From positions 29,479 to 93,478 of the forward strand of contig WGNV01000006.1 in the NCBI GenBank assembly GCA_016124375.1: a stretch of 64,000 bases of DNA, given 5' to 3'. Each line of letters opens with the position of its first letter. Positions within the stretch are counted from its first letter, which is position 1. The DNA is from Tepidisphaera sp. (lineage in GTDB: Bacteria; Planctomycetota; Phycisphaerae; Phycisphaerales; UBA1924). Below the pieces are notes generated by a model. That model worked only from the letters and a program-made list of their open reading frames with translations. It had not been told where the DNA came from and did no database searches. Of the stretch, positions 18,880 through 28,974 are shown in pieces. The position numbers and the translations under genes were made by a program.

Positions 18880-19965
18880 ATGCAGCAGGCCGGAACGCCA
18901 TCCACCACGCAGCCCGCTTCGCCGCCCCTCTCGCGCGACCAGCAGTGGAAGCTGATCCAGCAGAGCTCGCCCCTGCTGCTGATTCTGCTGTTGGTCGCGA
19001 TCGCCGCGATCGTCGTCGCGCTCGTCACCCGCTCGATTCTGAAGGCCTCCCGCGCCCGCCAGGCCCGCCTCGACCGCGCCGCCGACCAGGACGCCGCCAA
19101 GGTGCCCAAGGTCGATCCCTGGACCGAGTCCGCACGCCGCATGACGATCGACAAGATCGAGGGCGCCCCGGCGCCCGCCGGCGCACAGGCACCCCCCCCG
19201 GTGCCAAAGCCCGACGCTCCTCGCCCCCTCGCCCTCATCACCGGTGCCGCCCGACGCGTCGGACGCGCGGTCGCGCTCGAGCTCGCCCGTCGCGGCTGCG
19301 ACGTGCTCTTCACCTTCAACGCCAGCGAAGAGGACGCGATCTCCCTCGCCAAAGAGCTGGCGGCGATGGGCGCCACCGCGTCGTTCTTCCGGCTTGATCT
19401 TGCCGACGCCGACGCCGTGGAGAGCTTCGCGAGCGAGCGGGCCGAGACGCTCAAGCGCCTGGACATCCTGGTGCACAACGCGTCGGTGTATGACCCCTCG
19501 CCCCTGACCGACGTGACGCCCGATCAGGCGATGCACCAGTATCGCATCAACGCGCTGGCCCCGCTGATGCTCACCGCCCGCCTCGCGCCGCTGCTCGAAG
19601 CCAGCGTGCTGCCCGGGGGCGGTTCGGTCGTCGCAATGGTCGACATCCACTCGATGGGCCGACCCCGCAAAGACTTCGCGGTCTACTCGATGTCCAAGGC
19701 CGCGCTCGCCGAGATGGTGCAGTGCCTGGCGCGAGACTTGGCGCCCCACGTGCGCGTGAACGGCGTGGCGCCGGGCGTCGTGGCGTGGCCCGAGAGCGGC
19801 GAAGAGAGCGAGCCCGAGGCTCAGAAGAAGTACACGAGACGCATCCCGCTCGAGCGAGCGGGCACGCCGGAAGACGCCGCCCGGACGGTGAGGTGGCTGG
19901 CGCTGGAAGCGACGTACGTGACCGGGGAGATCATCCGGGTGGATGGGGGGCGGTGGTTGACGTGA
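18880..19965 (+). CDS. Pteridine reductase-like SDR with N-terminal membrane anchor
   Basis: TGAARRVG, HNAS, YSMSK, VNGVAPG, VDGG; hydrophobic LLLILLLVAIAAIVVALV. Confidence 0.8.
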   Translation: MQQAGTPSTTQPASPPLSRDQQWKLIQQSSPLLLILLLVAIAAIVVALVTRSILKASRARQARLDRAADQDAAKVPKVDPWTESARRMTIDKIEGAPAPAGAQAPPPVPKPDAPRPLALITGAARRVGRAVALELARRGCDVLFTFNASEEDAISLAKELAAMGATASFFRLDLADADAVESFASERAETLKRLDILVHNASVYDPSPLTDVTPDQAMHQYRINALAPLMLTARLAPLLEASVLPGGGSVVAMVDIHSMGRPRKDFAVYSMSKAALAEMVQCLARDLAPHVRVNGVAPGVVAWPESGEESEPEAQKKYTRRIPLERAGTPEDAARTVRWLALEATYVTGEIIRVDGGRWLT

Positions 19966-20026
19966 TGCCACGCCGCCCCGGTCGCGATCATCGGTAGCCC
20001 GACCATCAGGGAGGGCGGCGCGGGCA

Positions 20027-20830
20027 CTACGCCGCCTCTAGATCAGGTGCCATCACTCGCCGCCGCAGCTTTGTGAGGAAAATGAATACCAATATGCCCG
20101 CCGCCAGCGGTCCGAGCGCGATGAAGCACAATCCGAGGATGCTCAGCAGGGGTGCGAGCCACAGGAACGTCTTGCCTTGCCTGACCAGAGACGGGTCCGG
20201 GACGCACGCGGCGAGCCAGACGCTGTAATCGATCGACATGATGGCGCTGAGCAGAATCATGAGCACGCCCAGCGCCGCAAGCACGAACCCAAGACCCTCG
20301 GGGTTGTAAGTCGAAGATCTGAGCAGTGGGCTGAGCACGACACAAGCCACGCCGCCGGCGATCAGTACCCAGCCGCCCGCCAGCGCCGATCGCAGCCACT
20401 TGCGAGCGCTCTCCGCGATGGCATAGTTCACGAATGGCAGCACCGGCGTCGCCATCAGAAACAGACCCGACGAGAACACCACCAGGCTAAGCGCCAGGTA
20501 CACCCACATCGCCGTCACAAACGCGTCGTATCCGACCATGGCCGGGAGTTTTTCGCCTGTGACGAAATACACGAACGGCGCCGCGCCGAACCCCAGAATC
20601 CCGAATCGCAGCAAGTTAAGCGCCAGCCGCAGTCGCGCCCGGTACCACGCCGGCGTCCGCCGAAGCAGCGACGCCTGCATCCGCTCCATGCCGCCACACT
20701 CCGGGCACGGGGCCTCCGGCGGCAAGCCCGCGAGGTCGTACTCGCAGTTCGCGCACAATGGGCTGGGCGCGGCCGCAACGTACGCACGTTTCGAAGCAGA
20801 AGCGTCGGGCTGTCGCGGCTCACTGTCCAT
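20027..20830 (-). CDS. Zn-ribbon multi-TM membrane protein
   Basis: CANCEYDLAGL...CPECG followed by about 5-6 TM helices. Confidence 0.75.
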   Translation of the reverse strand: MDSEPRQPDASASKRAYVAAAPSPLCANCEYDLAGLPPEAPCPECGGMERMQASLLRRTPAWYRARLRLALNLLRFGILGFGAAPFVYFVTGEKLPAMVGYDAFVTAMWVYLALSLVVFSSGLFLMATPVLPFVNYAIAESARKWLRSALAGGWVLIAGGVACVVLSPLLRSSTYNPEGLGFVLAALGVLMILLSAIMSIDYSVWLAACVPDPSLVRQGKTFLWLAPLLSILGLCFIALGPLAAGILVFIFLTKLRRRVMAPDLEAA

Positions 20831-20858
20831 GGGCGAAATCGCTGAAACGAACACTTGA

Positions 20859-21677
20859 CTACGTCGTCGCGCCTGACTCACCCGGCAGTGACGTGTTCCT
20901 CGCCGCGGCCTGCTCAGCGATCGCCAGCGCCTTCACGATGTGGTCGCGCAGCCGCCACGAAATGTACCCGGCCCCGAAGATCGCGAACGCCCCGCCCCCA
21001 CAAGTGCATAACACCAGAAGCGGCAGCGCCCACGCCGCCTTGCCCGCATACTTGGCCAGCGTGTCATCCGGCACGCGGGCGGCGAGCCACGCTGTGTAAT
21101 CCATAAGCGTCGCCGACACGACCAGCAGCGACAAGACGAGTACCACGCCCGCTCCCACCTGCAACACCGTGATGAACGTGCTCCACCCGGGGCCCGCCAG
21201 CGGCGAAACCGCAAACAAGCCGCCCAGCCCCGCCGAGCACACCCACACAGAGACGACGGATCTTCGCAGCCATTTTCGTGCCAGCTCCGGTGCATAGACG
21301 CGGGCCATGGGCGGATAGGGCGACGCAAAGATGTATGCCCCGATGCTGAGCCCTATCAGCGCTGCCGCCCCAGCCCCGAGGTTCAGGAACGGAATCGGCA
21401 GGCTGGAGAACAGTCCACCGGAGAAACCTCCAAGGATGGCAATCGCCGCAACACCGATAAGCACCACGGTGCCCGACCAATGGTTCATCGTGTTCAGCCC
21501 GCGCAGCAGCGTGCGCAAATACTCTGGCGGCATCTGATGAAGCATGGGGACGTCTTGGCCCGGAGTCGCCACGAACCCGCACTCCGGACACGGCGCACCC
21601 GGCGCCAACCCCGCGAGGCTGTAGCCGCAGTTGTCGCAGTTGCGGGCTGGGGCGATGGCGTCGGGGGGAGCGTTCAT
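20859..21677 (-). CDS. Zn-ribbon multi-TM membrane protein (paralog of neighbour)
   Basis: CDNCGYSLAGL...CPECG; shared ARKWLR and DYxxWLAAxVPD motifs. Confidence 0.75.
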   Translation of the reverse strand: MNAPPDAIAPARNCDNCGYSLAGLAPGAPCPECGFVATPGQDVPMLHQMPPEYLRTLLRGLNTMNHWSGTVVLIGVAAIAILGGFSGGLFSSLPIPFLNLGAGAAALIGLSIGAYIFASPYPPMARVYAPELARKWLRRSVVSVWVCSAGLGGLFAVSPLAGPGWSTFITVLQVGAGVVLVLSLLVVSATLMDYTAWLAARVPDDTLAKYAGKAAWALPLLVLCTCGGGAFAIFGAGYISWRLRDHIVKALAIAEQAAARNTSLPGESGATT

Positions 21678-21845
21678 GGGTGTGGCGGTCGGGCAACAAA
21701 GAATGTAAGCCCGCCGACGGCGAGGGAAAGTCTCGCCCCGCCGCGGCCGTCTCTCGCTGTCAGGCCGCCACCGATCTGGCCTCTCAGCGAGAGAGTATTG
21801 TGTGCCGCACCTTGTATTTTGCGAATCTTGATGTATGTTGTGGGT

Positions 21846-22946
21846 GTGAATCAGCACTTTGTCAAATCGGCAGCCGTCCTCGCCGCTGGTCTGCTCACCA
21901 GCGCCGCGACCGCCCAGAGCGTGACCATTCTGCCGTTCGATCAGCCTTTGGGCTACGGCACCTTGGTTTCAGGGCTGTCTTCTGATGGACTTACGGTCGC
22001 AGGCATCCGAGCTGTCGGACTGGGTAATCCAAATCACGTCTACCGGTGGACAGCGGCGACAGGGCTGTATGACATCTCGGCGAACGAAAGCGGGTTCTTC
22101 CTGCGTTCGAACTTCGTCGCTCTCTCCGGCGACGGACACACCATTGCCGCCGACGGCGGCTACCGCTGGACCGGCCCGGGCACGGGCCAGGCCATCGGCA
22201 ACCTGCACTACCCGTTTGATTCCGACTCGGTCCCCTTCGCCCTCAGCAGCAACGGCAACGTGATCGTCGGCACCGACCACTACTCTCCCGGCGGCATGGG
22301 CGACAGCACGCAGGGCTACCGCTGGACGGCCTCGGGCGGGTATCAGGGCCTGCCGCTGCTGGAGGCGTACGGCTGCAGCGGCAATGGCAATCTGGTGATC
22401 GGTCTTACGAACTCAAACCACTCGGGCATCTGGAATGCCGCCACCGGAACAGTTCAATCGCTCCCGGCGGTAAGCGGTTCGGTTGGAACATCGACCTATG
22501 CCTCAGGGATCAACTTCGCCGGCAACATCGTGGTGGGCACCTCGGGCACCAATAAGGTGCCCACGCTCTGGCAGAATGGAGTTCCGCAGGCCCTCGGGTA
22601 TGCGCCGGGCGGGATGGGCGCGTCACAGGAAAAAGGAGTGACGCCTGATGGCAGCGTCGTGATCGGCAATGTCGGTGGAGGCCTGCACGCCACGATCTGG
22701 ACGCAGGCCACCGGCAACCTGCTGGCCACCGACTACCTGGCGCTGTTCGGCATCACGATCCCCGGCAGTTGGAACCTGATCGATGCCAAGGGCGTGTCGG
22801 ATGATGGCCGCACGTTCTTGTTCCAGGCGTTCGGGCCGGTGCCGGGCGGCTTTACATCCACCGGCATCCTCGTGACGGTCCCCGCGCCGGCAACGTTGGC
22901 GATCGGAGGCGTGGCGCTCCTCGGCGCACGACGGCGGCGGCGGTAG
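21846..22946 (+). CDS. HAF-repeat-like beta-propeller secreted protein with PEP-CTERM-like tail, copy 1
   Basis: Signal peptide; repeated SxDGxxxxG...RWT units; VPAPA-TM-RRRRR (alternative ATG at 21831). Confidence 0.85.
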   Translation: MNQHFVKSAAVLAAGLLTSAATAQSVTILPFDQPLGYGTLVSGLSSDGLTVAGIRAVGLGNPNHVYRWTAATGLYDISANESGFFLRSNFVALSGDGHTIAADGGYRWTGPGTGQAIGNLHYPFDSDSVPFALSSNGNVIVGTDHYSPGGMGDSTQGYRWTASGGYQGLPLLEAYGCSGNGNLVIGLTNSNHSGIWNAATGTVQSLPAVSGSVGTSTYASGINFAGNIVVGTSGTNKVPTLWQNGVPQALGYAPGGMGASQEKGVTPDGSVVIGNVGGGLHATIWTQATGNLLATDYLALFGITIPGSWNLIDAKGVSDDGRTFLFQAFGPVPGGFTSTGILVTVPAPATLAIGGVALLGARRRRR

Positions 22947-23043
22947 ATGAACCGGGGGGCGAACCGCCGCTAATGTGGGCCTCCGGACGAAGTTTATTTG
23001 TGCCACGCCTCGTATTTTGCGAATCTTGATGTATGTTGTGGGC

Positions 23044-24150
23044 GTGAATCAGCACTTTGTGAAGTCGGCCGCCCTCCTCCTCGCCGCCGGTCTGCTCACC
23101 AGCGCCGCGACCGCGCAGAGCGTGACCGTTCTGCCATTTGACCCGAGCGAAGGTCATGGCACCGGTGTGTATGGCCTTTCTTCAGATGGCCTCACGGTCG
23201 CCGGCATTCAAGGTGAGGGAGTAGGCAATCGAGTCCATGTATTCAGGTGGACTGCAGCCGCAGGGCTTTATGACATCACGGCCAACGAAAACGGCTTCTT
23301 CTCCGGCCTTGGCTCGGTTGCGATTTCCGGCGACGGACACACCATTGCTGCTCAGGCGGGCTATCGCTGGACCGGCCCGGGCACGGGCCAGTTCATCGGT
23401 AATCTGCACTTCCCCAACAACTCAGACTCGAACCCCTTCGCCCTCAGCAGCAACGGCAACGTGATCGTCGGCACCGACCACTATTCGCCCGGCGGCATGG
23501 GCGACAGCACGCAGGGTTACCGCTGGACGGCTTCGGGCGGGTATCAGGGCTTGCCTTTTCTTCAAGCTTCCGACTGCACGGCCGACGGCAACAAGGTGCT
23601 TGGTTTGTATTCAAACAATCACACCGGCATCTGGGACGCCGCCACGGGCCTAGTCACTCCATTGGCGCCGCTGCCGGGAGACCCGACCGGGTTCACGGGC
23701 GGCTACGCGATGAATCCCGCAGGAAACATCGTGGTGGGAATCACGGGGAACCAGAATCTTCCCACCATCTGGCGCAACGGCGTGCCAGAGTCGCTGGGAT
23801 ACGCGCCCAACGGCATCGGAAACTCGGGCGAGGTTGGGCTGACGCCCGATGGCAGTATCGTGCTCGGGAAGGTGGGTCTTCAGAATGCCGGCCGTGCCAC
23901 GATCTGGACGCAGGCGACCGGCAACCTGTTGGCCACCGACTACCTGGCGTTGTTCGGCATCACGATCCCCGGCAGTTGGAACCTGGTCGATGCCAAGGGC
24001 GTGTCGGATGATGGCCGCACGTTCTTGTTCCAGGCGTTTGGGCCGGTGCCGGGCGGCTTTACATCCACCGGCATCTTGGTGACGATCCCCGCGCCGGCAA
24101 CGCTGGCGATTGGAGGCGTGGCGCTCCTCGGCGCACGCCGACGGCGGTAG
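23044..24150 (+). CDS. HAF-repeat-like secreted protein with PEP-CTERM-like tail, tandem copy 2
   Basis: Paralog of 21846-22946 with near-identical blocks; IPAPA-TM-RRRR. Confidence 0.85.
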   Translation: MNQHFVKSAALLLAAGLLTSAATAQSVTVLPFDPSEGHGTGVYGLSSDGLTVAGIQGEGVGNRVHVFRWTAAAGLYDITANENGFFSGLGSVAISGDGHTIAAQAGYRWTGPGTGQFIGNLHFPNNSDSNPFALSSNGNVIVGTDHYSPGGMGDSTQGYRWTASGGYQGLPFLQASDCTADGNKVLGLYSNNHTGIWDAATGLVTPLAPLPGDPTGFTGGYAMNPAGNIVVGITGNQNLPTIWRNGVPESLGYAPNGIGNSGEVGLTPDGSIVLGKVGLQNAGRATIWTQATGNLLATDYLALFGITIPGSWNLVDAKGVSDDGRTFLFQAFGPVPGGFTSTGILVTIPAPATLAIGGVALLGARRRR

Positions 24151-24431
24151 CTGGCCACTCTCGGCAGGTGCCGCGGGCTCACTTTGGGGTGATTTCCGCC
24201 ACGGCGAACCCGTCTGCGCCCGCGATCGTGGTCTTCCACACGGGGCGGGTCGCGTCGTCGGCTCGCGCCTCCTCGCGCGGCCTAGTATGCGACTCCGGCT
24301 CGGGACCCCGGCAAATCGTGTGTGCTCGGGTTTTGATCGGGCGTTTGTATGGCCACGAACTTTTCGCCGCCGCATCCGGGCGGCGAACTAGCCGAAGAGG
24401 TTTTTGCTTGACCACGACCACGAGGCCGCCC

Positions 24432-25544
24432 ATGAGCATGTCCAAGACCGCCCGCGCCAGCGATGCCCTTTCACCCGCCACGCTGGTGCGTTGGCTGCAC
24501 GACATGTACCTGATCCGCGAGTTCGAGAACCGCTGCGGGCAGGCCTATCAGCAGGCCAAGATCGGCGGCTTTTGTCACCTCTACACCGGACAGGAAGCGA
24601 CCGCCGTCGGCACCATCCAGTCGCTCGAGCCGGATGACCCGATCGTCACCGCCTACCGCGATCACGGGCACGCGCTCGCCCGCGGCATGGACCCCAAGGC
24701 GTGCATGGCCGAGATGTTCGGCAAGCTCGCTGGCTGCGCCAAAGGCAAGGGCGGCTCGATGCACATGTTCGACCGGCCGCACTGGATGTTCGGCGGGCAC
24801 GGCATCGTGGGGGCGCAGACGCCCTTGGGCACCGGGCTGGCGTTTGCCGCGCGGTATGAGTGGGAAGTGCTGAACCGGGGCGTCAACGGCGGCCCGGCCA
24901 AAAAGAAGGTCGCGCTGGCGTATCTGGGCGATGGCGCCCTGAACCAGGGCGCGCTGCACGAGGCGATGAACCTCGCCGGGCTCTGGGATATCCCCGTGAT
25001 CTACATCGTCGAGAATAACGGCTACAGCATGGGCACGGCCATCAGCCGCGGCACCACGATGGCCGACGATCTCACCAAAAAGGCCGACGCCTACGGCATC
25101 CGGGGCGAGATCATCGACGGGCTGGACGTGGTTGACTTGTACGACAGTTTCAAGCCGCTGGTTGATTGGTGTCGCGAGAACCAGAAGCCCGCGTTCGTCG
25201 ATCTCAAGACGTACCGCTACCTCGGGCACTCGATGTCCGACCCGCAGAAGTACCGCACCAAGGAAGAAGTCGACCATTTCAAGGCGAAGGACTCGATCGA
25301 TCGCCTGGCCCACCAGCTCATGAACGAGCGGAAGAACCCCGACGGCTCGCCCGCGATGACCGAGCAGCAGTTCATGGACATGCAGCACGAGATCAAGGAA
25401 ATCGTGAAGCACGCCGTGGAGTTTGCCGAAGCCGCCGAAGCCCCGGGGCTGGACGAGCTCTACACCGACGTCCTCCACAACCCGATGCCGAACATGAGCC
25501 CCATCCAGGAATACAAGCACGGGGCCAAGAATCCGCTGCTCTGA
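24432..25544 (+). CDS. pdhA: Pyruvate dehydrogenase E1 alpha subunit
   Basis: IGGFCHLYTGQEA, YRDHG, GKGGSMH, GDGA...ENN, TYRYxGHSMSDP. Confidence 0.95.
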   Translation: MSMSKTARASDALSPATLVRWLHDMYLIREFENRCGQAYQQAKIGGFCHLYTGQEATAVGTIQSLEPDDPIVTAYRDHGHALARGMDPKACMAEMFGKLAGCAKGKGGSMHMFDRPHWMFGGHGIVGAQTPLGTGLAFAARYEWEVLNRGVNGGPAKKKVALAYLGDGALNQGALHEAMNLAGLWDIPVIYIVENNGYSMGTAISRGTTMADDLTKKADAYGIRGEIIDGLDVVDLYDSFKPLVDWCRENQKPAFVDLKTYRYLGHSMSDPQKYRTKEEVDHFKAKDSIDRLAHQLMNERKNPDGSPAMTEQQFMDMQHEIKEIVKHAVEFAEAAEAPGLDELYTDVLHNPMPNMSPIQEYKHGAKNPLL

Positions 25545-25648
25545 TCGTTCCCCCGGCGCTGCGACTTTCCCCAGGTTCGGGCCGACGCGGCGATCAGAAT
25601 CTTGTCGATCCTCCGCAACCCCGCCGCACCCCGGCGGTAAGTCGCGGC

Positions 25649-25963
25649 ATGGCTGTGAGCTTTGACGACGAGGGGTTGCCGCACTGCAGTCGATGCGGGC
25701 AATACCTGGGCCAGCAATCCGGCACCGGGCGTTGCCCGAAGTGCTCGCACTGGTTCAGCATGAGTTACGCCCGCGCCGCCTCCGGGCGTCCCCGGCTCAT
25801 ATCGCTGCTGGCCGCCGGGCCCCGCAAGATCGTCGACCAGAGTGACCGCTGGCAGTTCAGCGCGATCGTCTTCCTGCTCGCGCTCAACGCCGTCATCATC
25901 ATGTCCATCACGCTCATGGCGTGGCGAGCGCTGATGCGCGACATGGGCATGCCCGGCTGGTAG
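25649..25963 (+). CDS. Small Zn-ribbon membrane protein
   Basis: CSRCGQYL...CPKC plus C-terminal TM. Confidence 0.6.
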   Translation: MAVSFDDEGLPHCSRCGQYLGQQSGTGRCPKCSHWFSMSYARAASGRPRLISLLAAGPRKIVDQSDRWQFSAIVFLLALNAVIIMSITLMAWRALMRDMGMPGW

Positions 25964-25992
25964 CGAGGCCTGATTCGCCCGCGTGCGTGACC

Positions 25993-26847
25993 TCAGCCCT
26001 TGCTGGCGATCACCACTCGCCGCTTCATGTCGCTCACCCACGTGCCGCCCGGCTGCTCGATCGTCACGGCGAAGGCCGCGGCCCCGTCAACCTTGATCCC
26101 CGGCCTGATCGGGACGATCGTTTCGCCGCTCGACGCGTCGAAGATCGCCCCGCTGATCCGCTGCTGCATGCCGCGGCTGTCGATGATCCACAACTGATAC
26201 TGCTCTTTGCTCGGGTCGTTGGGCTTCAGGCCTTTGAACGTCATGTAGCCGGTCTGGTTCGTTTCCGACCAGATCACCTGGCCGCTGACGCCGGGTTGTT
26301 CGGGGTTGTCCCAGGCGCCCCACGCCAGGTGCAGAGCCTTGGGGTCGGCATCGGCCACCTTCACCGGGTTGTACATGGTCCGGAAGCCGGGCCCGGCCTT
26401 GGGCAGCGGGAACCACGCGATCGCGGCCAGCGTCACGCCCGCCGCCGCCGCCAGCCAGGGCAGCCACCTGGGCGCCCCGCCATGCTTCCTCGCAGGGGTC
26501 AGCCGCGCGGGTGTGCCGGCCAGCGTGAGCCTGGTTTCGACGGCCGCCGCCGCGTCGCGTCGCGCCCCGCCCTCTCGCTTCACCGACTCACACCAGGCCC
26601 TGCCCGACGCCTCCAGCTTCGCCATGAGCGCCGCCGGCGGCGAGGCCACGCCCTCACCCGCCAGGAACGCCAGGGTGCACGCCGTCGCCGGCCCTTCCAG
26701 CGAGGCCGCCTGTTCCGACAGCCCGACCCTGCCCAGGGCCGCGTGAAGGCGCGTTTCGTCCGCTTCGTTCAGCCCGAACAAGGCCTGCTCGGTCAGCAGA
26801 TCGAGCAGCAGCTCATCCTGCGGCAGTGGGGGAGGCGTGCGTGTCAC
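25993..26847 (-). CDS. Anti-sigma-K factor RskA-like
   Basis: Central TM; QYQLW...G.F...FAVTIEQPGG C-terminal RskA motif. Confidence 0.85.
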   Translation of the reverse strand: MTRTPPPLPQDELLLDLLTEQALFGLNEADETRLHAALGRVGLSEQAASLEGPATACTLAFLAGEGVASPPAALMAKLEASGRAWCESVKREGGARRDAAAAVETRLTLAGTPARLTPARKHGGAPRWLPWLAAAAGVTLAAIAWFPLPKAGPGFRTMYNPVKVADADPKALHLAWGAWDNPEQPGVSGQVIWSETNQTGYMTFKGLKPNDPSKEQYQLWIIDSRGMQQRISGAIFDASSGETIVPIRPGIKVDGAAAFAVTIEQPGGTWVSDMKRRVVIASKG

Positions 26848-27404
26848 TTGCCACCCTCCTCTGGCGTCCCATCACCATTGGCCGACAACATCTCCCGAAG
26901 CCTCATCAGCCCGCGCCTTGCGTGCGTCTTGACCGTGCCCAAAGGCAGCCCCGTCGCGCGTGCGATCGACTCGTGCGACAGCCCTTCGTATACGGACAGC
27001 CGCAGAACCCGTTGCTGCTCTGGGCTCAAAAGCTGCAGGGCTCGCGCCGCCTTGGTGGCTTCCTCACCCAGTTCGACCTTGGGCTCAGCCGCCGCCGGCG
27101 GAAGCGCCTCGTCCGCGATGATGCTCTGGGGCGCCGGGCGGCCACCCAGGCGACGTCGACGGTCGATCAGGCGCCGCCTGGCGATCGTCGCGATGAATGC
27201 CGTGTCCGACGCGATGCCGGGGTCGTACTTGGCGCCGTTTCGCCAGATCTCGGCGAAGATCTCCTGCACCGCGTCCTCGGCCTCGGCTCCGTTGAACCCG
27301 GCCCGGCGCGTCAGCGACCAGAGCAGCCCCGCGAACTTGGCGATGCACTCCTGCACCGCGCCGGGGTCGCCCTCACTCACTCGATGAAGCAGCGGCTTTT
27401 CCAA
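26844..27404 (-). CDS. ECF sigma factor (SigK-like); start uncertain (ORF open to 27560)
   Basis: AEDAVQEIF..IWR, IARRRLID, GLSHESIA...PLGTVKT..RRGL. Confidence 0.9.
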   Translation of the reverse strand: MEKPLLHRVSEGDPGAVQECIAKFAGLLWSLTRRAGFNGAEAEDAVQEIFAEIWRNGAKYDPGIASDTAFIATIARRRLIDRRRRLGGRPAPQSIIADEALPPAAAEPKVELGEEATKAARALQLLSPEQQRVLRLSVYEGLSHESIARATGLPLGTVKTHARRGLMRLREMLSANGDGTPEEGGK

Positions 27405-27582
27405 ACGGTCATGCTTCTCGGACTTGCCCCGCGTGTGCGTTCGACTCGCCGAGGCCCTGCCTCGACGCACCGTGCGTCGGGCCGTTTCCGGGCGAGCGGG
27501 CCTCTGCGCGGGACCCCTGCGAACCACCATGACCTTATCGCGCTTCATAGCCGGATGCAAACCTCAACCCACAAACACTTCG

Positions 27583-27620
27583 CAAAGAAGGACGCGAGGG
27601 TTTCGCCCGCGTCCCTCAGG
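27583..27620 (-). terminator. Hairpin after fasciclin gene
   Basis: Minus strand gggacgcg...cgcgtcc followed by ttcttt. Confidence 0.55.
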
Positions 27621-27669
27621 GGACTCCCCGCCCCGAAGCCCTGTGCCCCGGGGGGTGTGAGAGGGAGGA

Positions 27670-28650
27670 TCACTTGGGGATTAGCACGGTGTCGATCACA
27701 TGGATCACGCCGTTGCTCGCGTCGATGTCGGTCGCCGTCACCGTCGCGTTGTTCACCATCACCTTGCCGTGCTCGGTCTTGCTGGTCAGCTCGGCGCCGT
27801 TCAGCGTCCCGCTGCTCCAGCCCTTGCTCGCCACCTTGTCGGAGAAGATCCGGCCCTGCACGACGTGATAGGTCAGGATCTTGGTCAGCTTCTCCTTGCC
27901 CGCGGGGGTGAGCAGCTCGGCCACCGTCTCCTTGGGCAGCTTCGCAAACGCCTCATCCGTCGGGGCGAAGACCGTGAACGGGCCCGGGCCCGACAGGGCG
28001 TCGACCAGTCCGGCCTTCTCGATCAGCGTCGCCAGCGTCTTGAAGTGTCCGTTCTTGATCGCCGTCTGCACCACGTTCTGGTCGCTGGGCAGGATCACCT
28101 TGTCGATCACGTGGATCACGCCGTTGCTGGCCTTGACGTCCGCGGAGATCACATCGGCCCCGTCGACCGTCACCTTGCCGTCCTTGGCGACCAGATCCAC
28201 CCGCTGCCCGTTCACCGTCACCGCCGCGCCCGTCTTGACGTCCTTGGCCAGCACCTCGCCGGGCACGACGTGGTAGGTGAGGATCGCGACCAGCTTGGCT
28301 TTGTTCTCGGGTTTCAGCAGCTCTTCGACCGTGCCCTTGGGCAGCTTGGCGAAGGCCTCATCGGTCGGGGCGAAGACCGTGAACGGCCCCGCGCCCTTCA
28401 GCGTCTCGATCAGCCCCGCCGCCTTCAGCGCCGCGGCCAGGGTGTTGAACTTCCCGGCCGCCACCGCCGTGTCCACGATGTCCTTGTCGGCCTGCTCATT
28501 CACATACGCCACCAGCGTCATCTTGTGCGCCGGCTTGGCCTCCGGCGCGGCCGCCTCGTGCGAGCCTCCGCCGCACTGCCCCCACGCCGACCCCGCCACG
28601 CCCGCCAAAGCCGCAGCCAACGACACCACCACCACGTCGAAACGCTTCAT
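27670..28650 (-). CDS. Secreted fasciclin protein with two FAS1 domains
   Basis: [13 protein letters not shown]...ILTYHVV...NGVIHVID twice; signal peptide. Confidence 0.95.
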   Translation of the reverse strand: MKRFDVVVVSLAAALAGVAGSAWGQCGGGSHEAAAPEAKPAHKMTLVAYVNEQADKDIVDTAVAAGKFNTLAAALKAAGLIETLKGAGPFTVFAPTDEAFAKLPKGTVEELLKPENKAKLVAILTYHVVPGEVLAKDVKTGAAVTVNGQRVDLVAKDGKVTVDGADVISADVKASNGVIHVIDKVILPSDQNVVQTAIKNGHFKTLATLIEKAGLVDALSGPGPFTVFAPTDEAFAKLPKETVAELLTPAGKEKLTKILTYHVVQGRIFSDKVASKGWSSGTLNGAELTSKTEHGKVMVNNATVTATDIDASNGVIHVIDTVLIPK

Positions 28651-28770
28651 ACTGGACACTCCTGTGTGAAATTGTGCTCGGCGAGACCATCCCCCGAGCA
28701 GAGGACGCCGCGGGCACGTTGGCAGGGGCCTTTTCGCTTCCCCGGCCTCGAATCCCAGACGCACGAGTGC

Positions 28771-28796
28771 TTCGCCGCCCGCCCGGCCGCGGATTC
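28771..28796 (-). promoter_or_regulatory. Putative SigK-type ECF promoter of fasciclin gene
   Basis: GAATCC-N16-CGAA on minus strand, resembling the mycobacterial SigK CCATCC...CCGAA motif. Confidence 0.35.
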
Positions 28797-28876
28797 ACCC
28801 GCCACGCAAAATCCGTGCAATTCCGGGCGTATCCGCCAATGCCGGATCGCGCGAACTGCCGCCTCGAAGCCTCGCC

Positions 28877-28912
28877 AAAAAACACAACGCCGCTGCATCC
28901 AGCGGCGTTGCG
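28877..28912 (-). terminator. Rho-independent terminator of ompA-like gene
   Basis: caacgccgctg-catc-cagcggcgttg plus U-tract on minus strand. Confidence 0.8.
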
Positions 28913-28974
28913 AAACTTCAGTTTGGTCGCCCGGGCCGAATACCGGTCACCGATCCTCGGCCCAGGACACATCG

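Noticed and set aside
21800-24150. Diversity-generating retroelement TR/VR pair
   Set aside because: No reverse transcriptase; differences are not adenine-specific; both copies are full genes
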